This document shows positions 29,946 through 38,713 of a stretch of DNA of 64,000 nucleotides, one piece after another. Made by a program: the position numbers and the translations under genes. Origin of the DNA: an uncultured delta proteobacterium (GTDB lineage: Bacteria > Desulfobacterota > Desulfobacteria > Desulfobacterales > JAFDCJ01); contig CAVYNY010000014.1 of the NCBI GenBank assembly GCA_963769935.1, positions 64,001 through 128,000 on the forward strand, in the 5' to 3' direction. A model generated the notes under the pieces. It was not told the origin of the DNA, did not search any database, and was given only the letters and a program-made list of their open reading frames with translations. The first letter of the stretch is position 1. Each line of letters opens with the position of its first letter.

Positions 29946-30092
29946 CCTTTTTCAAGCCGGTCAGGAACGATTGTCATCGGATTGACGGAAATCACCTCAA
30001 ATCCGACGGAATTTCTCTCAAATTCGATCGATCAAATGCTGAAATCCGCTTCTATCTGATTAAAATTATAAATAATTTTAAATTCATGGTTT

Positions 30093-30108
30093 TGGCACTC
30101 ACTTTGCA
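30093..30108 (+). promoter_or_regulatory. Sigma54 promoter upstream of the dynamin-like operon
   Basis: Exact TGGCAC-N5-TTGCA preceded by an AT-rich tract. Confidence 0.65.
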
Positions 30109-30326
30109 AGCTATTTTCTCACGGCGGAGTCCGACGCCTTAAATATGGCGCAGAATGAAGGATGCCAAGGTGATCAAAATTCAACTTATGTCTTGAAAAC
30201 CATTAATATTTTTGTAAAAATGGGTTAATACCTTGAGACTTGCTATTGTTCATTCCGACCCAGCTGCTGTAGGAAAAAGGAGCCATCCGGATGGCCGTCG
30301 AAATACCTGCGATTGGAGCTTAGGCA

Positions 30327-31883
30327 ATGTTTAAGGAAAGCAAGATCAGCCAGCGTTTGCGAAAACTGGAAAATCATCTGAAACAGGAAAATCCGATTCT
30401 CTCTGATGTGGTACAGAACTTTCGTGAGCTGGACCGCATCAGCCGTCGACTCGGGTTCTTTAATCGGGAAGAGTCTCATGCAACCCGCACTCCCTGGTGG
30501 CCGCTGATTTCGATACTGGGAATTTATTCAGCGGGAAAATCCAGCTTTATCAACCATTTTCTGCAGTACAATCTGCAGGCGGTCGGCATTCAGGCGGTCG
30601 ATGACAAGTTTAGCGTTATTTGTTTTACCAGGGATAAAAAAGAAAGGATCCTGCCGGGTTTGGCGCTGGATGCCGATCCGCGCTTTCCGTTATACAAGAT
30701 CAGCCAGGCAATTGAAGAAGTGGCCAAGGGTAAGGGTGAGCATATTGATGCCTATTTGCAGTTGAAAACCTGTCCCAGTGAAAAGCTGCGCGGCAAAATC
30801 CTCATTGATTCTCCGGGGTTTGATGCCGATGACCAACGAACCTCGACTTTGCGGATCACGGACCATATCATAAATCTGTCGGACCTGGTCCTGGTTTTTT
30901 TCGATGCCCGCCACCCGGAAACCGGATCCATGCGTGATACGCTGGAGCATCTGGTCAAGTCAACGGTAAGCAGACGGGATTCCAACAAATTTTTATACAT
31001 TCTCAATCAGATCGATGTGGCCGCCAACGAGGATAATCTGGAAGAAGTCTTTGCCGCCTGGCAGCGGGCTTTGGCCCAGTACGGTTTAACCGCCGGTTCA
31101 TCCTACGCCATCTACAATGAAGATGCTGCTGTTTCCTTTGACAACGCCGAGGTTAGGGCCCGCTTCGAAAGTAAACGTGAAGCCGACTACGGAGCGATCG
31201 AGAGCCGCATCGAACAGGTGGGCGTGGAACGCGCCTACCGGATTGTGGGTATGCTGGAACAAACCGGTCGGATGTTGAAACAGGATGTCGTCGGCCGTCT
31301 GCAACGATTTAAGGAAGCATGGCGGCGCAAAGTTCTGTGGCTGGACGGTGCGCTTTTGGCCGGTGTGTTGACAGCCTTTTTCACGCTGACCATCTGGGGC
31401 GGTTACTGGAAGGGGGCCTCACTGTCGCTGCCTTTCTGGAATCTGGTGACGCTGAACGCCTATACCTCTTATGGTGCGATTGCCATATTTTTGGCGATCG
31501 CCGGTTACGTGCACTTCAGCATACGGGGATGGGCGGCAAATAAGATCAGCGCCAAACTGCTGGCTGAAGTGAATGATTCCGACCTGCATTCGAATTACCA
31601 GAGCGCCTTTCGTAAAAGCGCCAGATGGTGGCGCAGTATATTCTGGCCCAATCCGGCAGGCTGGGGACGACGCACCGCCGCCCGACTGGAACAAGTCCTG
31701 GACGACAGCAACGCCTACATCGAGAAGCTGAACGACGAGTACACCAATCCTTCGGGAAAAGACAATGTCGCAATGACAAGCGATCGGGCGCACCTGGAGG
31801 TATCACAAAAATCAGATTTTACCCAGGTGGAATCCGGCATTCCAGCGCAAAATATCACGAAACCGGTCGCCTCGGAGAATTGA
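30327..31883 (+). CDS. Dynamin/EHD-like P-loop NTPase with two C-terminal TM helices
   Basis: G1 GIYSAGKS, QAVDDKF, G3 DSPG, G4-like NQID; two hydrophobic segments near the C-terminus. Confidence 0.88.
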   Translation: MFKESKISQRLRKLENHLKQENPILSDVVQNFRELDRISRRLGFFNREESHATRTPWWPLISILGIYSAGKSSFINHFLQYNLQAVGIQAVDDKFSVICFTRDKKERILPGLALDADPRFPLYKISQAIEEVAKGKGEHIDAYLQLKTCPSEKLRGKILIDSPGFDADDQRTSTLRITDHIINLSDLVLVFFDARHPETGSMRDTLEHLVKSTVSRRDSNKFLYILNQIDVAANEDNLEEVFAAWQRALAQYGLTAGSSYAIYNEDAAVSFDNAEVRARFESKREADYGAIESRIEQVGVERAYRIVGMLEQTGRMLKQDVVGRLQRFKEAWRRKVLWLDGALLAGVLTAFFTLTIWGGYWKGASLSLPFWNLVTLNAYTSYGAIAIFLAIAGYVHFSIRGWAANKISAKLLAEVNDSDLHSNYQSAFRKSARWWRSIFWPNPAGWGRRTAARLEQVLDDSNAYIEKLNDEYTNPSGKDNVAMTSDRAHLEVSQKSDFTQVESGIPAQNITKPVASEN

Positions 31884-32387
31884 TTGGCAAAAAATATCAA
31901 AAAGATTGTCATCCCTAAGGCGGAGGCCGTATTCTGGCTCGATAAAAACGGCTGCTGGCACAATGAAAACGGCCGGTTTGAACACAAAAAAATCATCCAA
32001 TACTTCCACTCCTGCATCAAACGGGACCGGCAAGGTTATTACCTATATCAGGCAAATGCGAACTATGCCGAAAAAGTTTATTTCACGTATGAAGATCAAG
32101 CCCTGTTTGTATTCGATGTGATCCGGCAAAGCGACGTGATTTTGGTTTTGAACACCGGCCGTCAAATCAAGCTGAGACCGCAAAAACTTTTCATAAATAA
32201 TGATTGCCTATACATGCACCTGGACTGTGAGACAATTAAGTTCGCCGAAGGGGGGCTGTTCAAGATAGCGCAGCTTATGGAAGAAAAAAACGACCGGCTT
32301 TATATCCGCGTCAAAAATAGACGCTACAAAATCCCCACACAGGATGAATCAGCGGGCAACCGGAATCCTGTTCGTAGGGGCGGATGA
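31884..32387 (+). CDS. Hypothetical protein (DUF1285-like)
   Basis: FWLDKNGCWHNENGRFEHKKIIQYF...EKVYFTYED; GGAG RBS, TTG start. Confidence 0.7.
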   Translation: MAKNIKKIVIPKAEAVFWLDKNGCWHNENGRFEHKKIIQYFHSCIKRDRQGYYLYQANANYAEKVYFTYEDQALFVFDVIRQSDVILVLNTGRQIKLRPQKLFINNDCLYMHLDCETIKFAEGGLFKIAQLMEEKNDRLYIRVKNRRYKIPTQDESAGNRNPVRRGG

Positions 32388-32692
32388 AGGAAAAGACCAC
32401 AATTTTAGGGGTTCGGTTGATGAAGTACTTCGTTTATTTTGATGCTTACGGTCATGCCGCCAAGATCATCAGCGAGCAGGAGCTGGCCGAAAAATTTGAC
32501 AATGCGCCCGGTAAATTTTTAGCTGCCATGGGCCGGGGACGATCGGCGGCGTCCGGCGGCCATACAACCGGTCATGTGGGGACCCTCTGCTTTGATTCAC
32601 AAAAAGAGTTGCGGGACTACCTGGAGGATCTCGGCGACGAAATAGCCGGATTCTATAGTGGCCGGTCCGAATGCCGGCCGTATAACTTTTGA
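32384..32692 (+). CDS. Hypothetical protein
   Basis: ATGA overlap with the upstream gene (alternative start 32420). Confidence 0.7.
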   Translation: MKEKTTILGVRLMKYFVYFDAYGHAAKIISEQELAEKFDNAPGKFLAAMGRGRSAASGGHTTGHVGTLCFDSQKELRDYLEDLGDEIAGFYSGRSECRPYNF

Positions 32693-32695
32693 GCC

Positions 32696-34021
32696 ATGAA
32701 AAAACAACAGTTGGAAAAAATGGAATCCCTGTTTCACCTTATCCAGCATAAGTGGCAGGAAATCGACCCGCTCGAACTGATAATATACCAGCTGGCGCGG
32801 GGCAACACCTTTAATATGCGGGTCGCGGGTCTGGAAAACGTCAAGCGCTTAAAAGAAGAAAATCCGGACTGTGCCATAACCTTCAAACCGAATCACCTCA
32901 GCGAGGCCGATTTTATTTTACTGTCCATATTATTCCGGGAGCATAAAATGCGGGTGCTCGTTGAGGGCGGCGCCAATCTATTTATCGAAGATATCGATAT
33001 TTTTGCCGATGTGCTGCCAAGGTTTGTGAAGAAGGAATTCGAAGACTTCGTGCAAGATAAACGGATGAGCATCGCGCAGTATCTCACCACCAGAGGGGCG
33101 TTTAAGGTGTTCCGCGAACCGTTGAGCATCAAACAGCCCGACGGCAGCGAAATAACGCTCGGCAGAAAAGATATTATTTCCTTAACCCGTGCCTATCGCT
33201 ACCATCTGGTCAGGGAAAAGGAGATGTTTGTTACCTTTCCCGGCTACTCCAGTATAAAATTGGGCCTGCTGGACCTGTTGAAAAAAGACGGCACTAAGAC
33301 CGGACGCAGCTACACCGGAAAAATCGACGGTTTCCACCATCTTCCGTTTCAAATGGATATCGAGGCTTCCCTGGACACCGGAATCGATGTCTATGTCATT
33401 CCGGTCAACATCGCCTATGAGCGGGTTTTAGAAGATGAGCACTTTGCCAAACTCACTCAGCTTTACGAATCCGGCGCGAACAAAAAAGAGATTTATATAA
33501 ATGACCTGGGCTATATTGTTAAGGAATTTTACGGTGATAAAAACAAGGGCGATCTATCCATAAAATTCGGCGAACCTCGCAAAATAAATACGCCGGATTT
33601 AAAAGAGGGCTTCGTCGGCCGAAAAATAAAAAGTGCTGCTTATAAGCATGCGGAAGAATCATTCGAGCAGGTGATGGCGATGCAGCCTGTGTTCCCGGCC
33701 AATATATATTTTACTGCTTTCGCCGAGAACTTCAACCGCATGCCGGTGCGGGTTATGAAAAACCGAATCGATGATATCAGAGATTATTTAGGAACGCTGG
33801 TATGGGGGAAGGCCAAACGCCGGGTGGATTTGAATTATGTGCTGGACTACGACCACCACATCATGTCGGCCGATGAGATTATCAACCGCACATTTCAGCT
33901 TTTCAGGGGACCGGACAGACATATCACCGACATCGACGGCGGCATGTTCGTTGTCTATAATAAAGAAGTTGCGCAACAATACAAAAATCACACGGCGCAT
34001 TTCTTTGAGAGCATGCCGTAG
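32696..34021 (+). CDS. PlsB/GNPAT-like glycerolipid acyltransferase
   Basis: HxxxxD (NHLSEAD), GANL, GAFKVFR, GRSYTGK, IPVNIAYERVLE, IKFGEP. Confidence 0.8.
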   Translation: MKKQQLEKMESLFHLIQHKWQEIDPLELIIYQLARGNTFNMRVAGLENVKRLKEENPDCAITFKPNHLSEADFILLSILFREHKMRVLVEGGANLFIEDIDIFADVLPRFVKKEFEDFVQDKRMSIAQYLTTRGAFKVFREPLSIKQPDGSEITLGRKDIISLTRAYRYHLVREKEMFVTFPGYSSIKLGLLDLLKKDGTKTGRSYTGKIDGFHHLPFQMDIEASLDTGIDVYVIPVNIAYERVLEDEHFAKLTQLYESGANKKEIYINDLGYIVKEFYGDKNKGDLSIKFGEPRKINTPDLKEGFVGRKIKSAAYKHAEESFEQVMAMQPVFPANIYFTAFAENFNRMPVRVMKNRIDDIRDYLGTLVWGKAKRRVDLNYVLDYDHHIMSADEIINRTFQLFRGPDRHITDIDGGMFVVYNKEVAQQYKNHTAHFFESMP

Positions 34022-34239
34022 CCATTGTAGTTCACATCCCGCAATCTTGATGGAGTTCGACTTTAGCCTGCTCCAGCTCTTCAATTATTTCTTTCAGCCG
34101 AAATTCCCGGGCCTCGGAACCCTGAACGTTGAACCCGCCAAACTTATTGACTCAAAAAGAAGATTTATGATACTCGAATGACCATGAGACATTCCCATTT
34201 TTGATACTTTCGCATGAGCCCTGGTGGAGGCGCATCACG

Positions 34240-35166
34240 ATGACCAAACAGTTGGGCCTGTTCCCGGACAGCCCTTTAAATCCAGCGAACAGCTTGCTGG
34301 ATGATAAAATTGCCGCCCTTGAGACCGTGCGGAACCCCGTTGATGAAATATTTGCGGCCGGCGCCCGTTTCAGAAACAGTCGAAATTTAATTGAACTGCT
34401 GGGCTTTATAGCCCGCTTTCCGAATTACTCGCCGTTTAACGGCTTGCTGCTCTATATCCAGAACCCATCTGCCACCTTTGTTGCCACCGCTCGCCATTGG
34501 CTGCATAAATTCAGAAGACAACCCAAATATGATGCCCGCCCCATGCTGATCCTGGCACCTGGGGGCCCCATCCTTTTCGTTTTCGACATCCAAGACACGG
34601 AAGGGGCGCCGGTTCCTGCCACTCTGCTCAAGTCATGGGCGGCCGGCAATCAAATGCCCGCCAAAGTTTATTCGAATACGCAGTATAACTGCGCATCACA
34701 TGGGATTGCCGTTTGTGAAACGACTGCCCAAAAGGCGGCGACCGACACGGCCAGCCGAATTACCCCGGCCCTGCGCAAACAATTCAAGAATTTGGACCTT
34801 CAAAAAGATACCAGCTATTTAATTCTCATTGACCAGTCACAGTCCTTGGAAGATAAGTATGCTTCCCTCGTCCATGAACTGGGACACATCTTTTGCGGCC
34901 ATCTTGGAATCGACCGCCATGCCTGGTGGCCGGAACGAGAAAACGCAAATCTCACCGGCGAAGAGATAGAAGCTGACGCAACTGCGTATTTGGTCTGCAG
35001 GCGTTCAGGCTTGGAGGCAAGGTCGGCCAAATACCTTGCGCGCTATATCGAAAAAGATCAGCAGTTGCCCGTATTCAGCCTGAATGCCGTGTTGCAGGCA
35101 GCAGCCCATGCGGCAGAAATGGGCAAATTCCGCTGGAAGGAGCCCCGCAAGCGGCGGCGGCGCTAG
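34240..35166 (+). CDS. ArdC-like ssDNA-binding domain plus zincin (ImmA/IrrE-type) metallopeptidase
   Basis: FPNYSPFNGLLLYIQNPSATFVAT..W, ILAP; HELGH and EIEADATAYLVC. Confidence 0.82.
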   Translation: MTKQLGLFPDSPLNPANSLLDDKIAALETVRNPVDEIFAAGARFRNSRNLIELLGFIARFPNYSPFNGLLLYIQNPSATFVATARHWLHKFRRQPKYDARPMLILAPGGPILFVFDIQDTEGAPVPATLLKSWAAGNQMPAKVYSNTQYNCASHGIAVCETTAQKAATDTASRITPALRKQFKNLDLQKDTSYLILIDQSQSLEDKYASLVHELGHIFCGHLGIDRHAWWPERENANLTGEEIEADATAYLVCRRSGLEARSAKYLARYIEKDQQLPVFSLNAVLQAAAHAAEMGKFRWKEPRKRRRR

Positions 35167-35409
35167 AACCCAGGCCGGGAGCAACAGATCCTTTCGGTCG
35201 GTACCATCCTATCACCTCATAACCGGGCGCTGCATCCGACCTTCAGCCTGCCGGCTTTACTTTTGCTTGGCGGCCTGTTTTTGTGCTTTCAGTTTTGTGA
35301 AATGTTATTCCCAAAATCTGGGTAATTTTTTTCATAGATAGCTGTTTTAAAGGGGCGGCATAATATTTAACTAACTGATATTACATTATATACATTCCAA
35401 CCCGAAAGT

Positions 35410-35425
35410 TAGCACGGTTTTTGCT
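35410..35425 (+). promoter_or_regulatory. Sigma54-like promoter with an IHF site
   Basis: TAGCAC-GGTTT-TTGCT; IHF-like TATCAGTTAGTTA on the minus strand at 35368-35380. Confidence 0.55.
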
Positions 35426-35504
35426 TCATCGGATTTACGAAGATTAAATATAAGGCATTTTATTTATCGCCTTAAAATATCAGTTTATATCACGGGGGTG
35501 CAGC

Positions 35505-35720
35505 TTGTCGGATTTTCATGAAATGGCAACCAATTTTGAAATGAAAGAATATCGATCCCTGCCTATGGGAAACCCTGCTTACATCTTTGACAATGGCGGA
35601 CGTCGGTTGGGGATTGAACGGCGGCAGTTCGCCTATTCACACTGTTATCCTGAGAGAAGGGCCGGCCGCGATCGCCGAACCCTCCCGGAAAGAAGAGTCG
35701 AACCCAAGCAAGGCGATTGA
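35505..35720 (+). CDS. Small protein with repeated RRxxx(D/E)RR motifs
   Basis: DNGGRRLGIERRQF...PERRAGRDRRTLPERR; start codon uncertain. Confidence 0.7.
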   Translation: MSDFHEMATNFEMKEYRSLPMGNPAYIFDNGGRRLGIERRQFAYSHCYPERRAGRDRRTLPERRVEPKQGD

Positions 35721-35898
35721 CCGCCGAATTATCCGGTCCCGGCCTGAATGCTTTTATATTTCCTCTCCTTAATTTGATTACCCATTGCCTATTGCTTTTA
35801 GGATCGTTTCTGCCTTATAATTACCGATCTTCATTGGCGCGTGCAGGCAGCCTTGGCAAGTGGAAGGTGTTTTAAAAGAGGGGAGGTACATAGCCCAA

Positions 35899-37101
35899 AT
35901 GGATAGATCGGCCAAAATAATCGTTGCCCTGTTGGTGATTGCCGTAGTGGGATTTTTTATTTACAGCAAGTTTGCCGGCTGGCACAAAAATGAGATGGAA
36001 ACTGCAGTCACCCGGGAACAGGAAGCGTGGCAGGAAAAAACGGACCAATTGGAGCAAAAAGTCAACAGCCTTCAAAAAGAGCTGGCAGTAGTCAAGGGCC
36101 AGAAGGTTCCAACGCAAAAATTGGCAGCGGTGTTCGGCGACAACCAAAAATCGCCTGAAACCCAGGATGAAGAAAAAAAGTTGGCCGAAGTGGAGCAGGA
36201 GGTAAAAAAATTAGGCCGGGTTGTCAAAGATGAAAAAGAATTAGCCGCCTTGTTGGGCAACGAAAAAAAACTGGCCGAAGCCCTGGGGGATGATAAAAGA
36301 TTAATCGAGGTAATGCGGGAAGGCGGTACACTAGCCAAGGTATTGCGGGATGAAAAAAATCTGACTGCAATCGTACGGGATGAAAAAAAGCTGGCCGAAA
36401 TATTGGCTGAAGAAAATGAGGCGGAAGTCAAAAATGAGGCGATCGTCAGAAAAAAGATATCGGGTGCCGGAGCTCACCCGGACTTGGCTGATATTGAACG
36501 CCACATCAGGGCGTTTTTCGCCTATCTGGATGAGCAACCCTATGTTCAGGCATACGGCCTGGAAGGGGGAACCTACCTTCAGTATCAAATTGCGATCAAC
36601 AAGTTGTCGTCAAATCTGCCGACGGTCGCCGGGGAAATGCAATCGCTGTATACCCTGGTCCGCAACGTGGCCCACCTTTATCGGGTAATAGGTAAAAAGC
36701 CGATTTATCTTACCAGAGAGATTCTGCAAAACGAGTCCGAAGTAATTGAACCGGTCATGCAAACCTTTTACATGTGGTATACCCTGGACGAAGCCGGCAA
36801 GTCCGCTCTGGGAGGACGTCCATCACCGGCAACCATGTATGAATATGCCGGCTTTTTATTAAATACACTTGGCGGCAGGAGTTATCTGTTAAGAAGGAGT
36901 CCCAAGGTCCGAGCATTAACCACCTACTACTGTGTTCTGGCCCTGGACCGCGCCAATGATGAAGAACTCAATTCAAAAGGCATTGATATCCGACCCTATA
37001 TAAAATCTTCAATGATGGAAATTAAAAATCAAATCGGCCTTATCTATCAAAAAGAGTATATTACAAAACTCAGTGAATTAAGCCTGAAGTACTCCCCATA
37101 A
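35899..37101 (+). CDS. Membrane-anchored coiled-coil hypothetical protein with internal 10-aa repeats
   Basis: GGGAGG RBS, N-terminal TM helix, coiled coil, repeat block, helical C-terminal domain. Confidence 0.85.
   Translation: MDRSAKIIVALLVIAVVGFFIYSKFAGWHKNEMETAVTREQEAWQEKTDQLEQKVNSLQKELAVVKGQKVPTQKLAAVFGDNQKSPETQDEEKKLAEVEQEVKKLGRVVKDEKELAALLGNEKKLAEALGDDKRLIEVMREGGTLAKVLRDEKNLTAIVRDEKKLAEILAEENEAEVKNEAIVRKKISGAGAHPDLADIERHIRAFFAYLDEQPYVQAYGLEGGTYLQYQIAINKLSSNLPTVAGEMQSLYTLVRNVAHLYRVIGKKPIYLTREILQNESEVIEPVMQTFYMWYTLDEAGKSALGGRPSPATMYEYAGFLLNTLGGRSYLLRRSPKVRALTTYYCVLALDRANDEELNSKGIDIRPYIKSSMMEIKNQIGLIYQKEYITKLSELSLKYSP
36166..36405 (+). repeat. Intragenic tandem repeat, 8 x 30 nt
   Basis: DEEKKLAEVE/QEVKKLGRVV/KDEKELAALL/GNEKKLAEAL/GDDKRLIEVM/REGGTLAKVL/RDEKNLTAIV/RDEKKLAEIL. 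Confidence 0.85.
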
Positions 37102-37353
37102 GGCATTAAAACCTGCTCGCGGCGCCGGCAATGGACGCCCGGAGGCCCTGGCGACGGGGGATTTGACTTCACCCCGGGGGAGCGGCCTTGGCCGGCAGAT
37201 AAATCAAGGAATAATGGAATTGTGGCTTCCGGCCCGGAGAGTCTGCGGATCGGAGAGAAAAATGGATTATTGGGAATCAAAACGGCTGGATTGTTGATTC
37301 CCCTGGGCGTGCTGCCGGCAGCCGATTTGAAAGACGCCTCATAGGAGATTGGA

Positions 37354-38142
37354 ATGTCCCTCAAGGAACATGAGTACGTAAGACAGACACTTGAAAGGTA
37401 CACGAACTGCAAACTGGAGGATTTCTGTGACCATGTGCTGATAACCAATTTCAAACAGTATATTAAACGCTTTCACGAAAAAACCAAGGGCAAGTATTCC
37501 GAAGGTAATTTCGGCATCGTAAATGCTCAGCAGGAAAACTGCACCATGATTGACTTCGGCATCGGCTCACCCCAGGCCGCTCTTATTATCAACTGTCTGG
37601 CTTATCTTGACAATCTCAAATCCGTCATAATGCTCGGAATGTGCGGCGGGATCGACGACATTCTCGAAGTCGGCAATTTTTTAATTCCCTCAGCCGCCAT
37701 CCGCGGTGAAGGCACCAGTCGTCATTATCTGCCGCCTGAGTTTCCCGCCATTCCGGCCTCATCGGTTAATCTGTATTGCATCGGCGCGGTTCGCAAGGTC
37801 GTCGGCCTGACGCCCCGCTGCGGCATTGTTTACACCACCGACCGGCGCCTGTGGGAGTACGACGAAACGTTCGTCAATTACTTGAGGAATCAGCGGATTC
37901 TGGCGATCGAGATGGAATTGGCGACCCTGTTTTCCGTGGCTTACCGCTATGAAGTTCCGATCGGATCGATCATGCTGGTCTCCGATATGCCCCTGCAGAA
38001 AAGAGGCATCAAGGACAAGAAGCTGCACAGCAAAATCTTTTCGTCGTTCATGGACACCCATCTTGAAATTGCAATGGATGCGGTTGCCAAAATCCAGGCA
38101 AACTGGCGCACGGTCGTGAGCAAGCTGACCAGTGAGTGGTAG
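37354..38142 (+). CDS. amn: AMP nucleosidase (short PNP/UDP-family type)
   Basis: LERYT, LITNF, FGIGSPQAA, LGMCGG, AIRGEGTS, AIEMELATLF, VSDMP. Confidence 0.8.
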   Translation: MSLKEHEYVRQTLERYTNCKLEDFCDHVLITNFKQYIKRFHEKTKGKYSEGNFGIVNAQQENCTMIDFGIGSPQAALIINCLAYLDNLKSVIMLGMCGGIDDILEVGNFLIPSAAIRGEGTSRHYLPPEFPAIPASSVNLYCIGAVRKVVGLTPRCGIVYTTDRRLWEYDETFVNYLRNQRILAIEMELATLFSVAYRYEVPIGSIMLVSDMPLQKRGIKDKKLHSKIFSSFMDTHLEIAMDAVAKIQANWRTVVSKLTSEW

Positions 38143-38162
38143 AATCGATGTGTTTGCCGATC

Positions 38163-38543
38163 CTACCGAATTTGCAGCCGGGACATAAGATTTTCAAATT
38201 CAGACGGCGGAATTTGCTGCCACGGATTTTGGGGTGTAAATTGCAGAACGGATTTGATATCCGGTGCAAACACCTTGCCGCCCTGCAGGATAGGTTCTTT
38301 CAGCCGATATTTGAATTCTTCGCCAAAATCCAGCAGCAGGTCCAAATTATCGCTGTCATCAAGCAGTTCGACCAGCAGGACATTGCGTACGCGCCCCCGC
38401 CCTTTTAAATACCGCTGCCCCCGCCGGTCGGAGTAAACCTCGACGATGACCTCTTCCAGGCGCACCGCTTGGCGGTCGGCCGCCACCAGCAAGGCCTGAT
38501 CCACCAGGTATTGCCCTTCAGCAAATGGTATCCAGTTTTCCAT
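38163..38543 (-). CDS. Hypothetical protein
   Basis: 126-aa ORF with AGGGA upstream. Confidence 0.75.
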   Translation of the reverse strand: MENWIPFAEGQYLVDQALLVAADRQAVRLEEVIVEVYSDRRGQRYLKGRGRVRNVLLVELLDDSDNLDLLLDFGEEFKYRLKEPILQGGKVFAPDIKSVLQFTPQNPWQQIPPSEFENLMSRLQIR

Positions 38544-38713
38544 ATTTGCATCCCTTTGCAGCCTGAAATTGTTAAATCGCAGAAAATATCAAGCCTAAGG
38601 TAACCGCATTAATACAGAAATCCAATTTTTTTTTTGGGGGGGGGTATGGTGCAATTCGGGGCTTGTGTTTTTTGGGTAAACTATTTTAAAAAATGGCGAG
38701 CAAGAATGCAAAA

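Noticed and set aside
31881..32698. In-frame TGA junctions (31883/31884 and 32692/32696) suggesting readthrough or selenocysteine
   Set aside because: No SECIS-like hairpin or Cys-motif context; ordinary translational coupling explains them.
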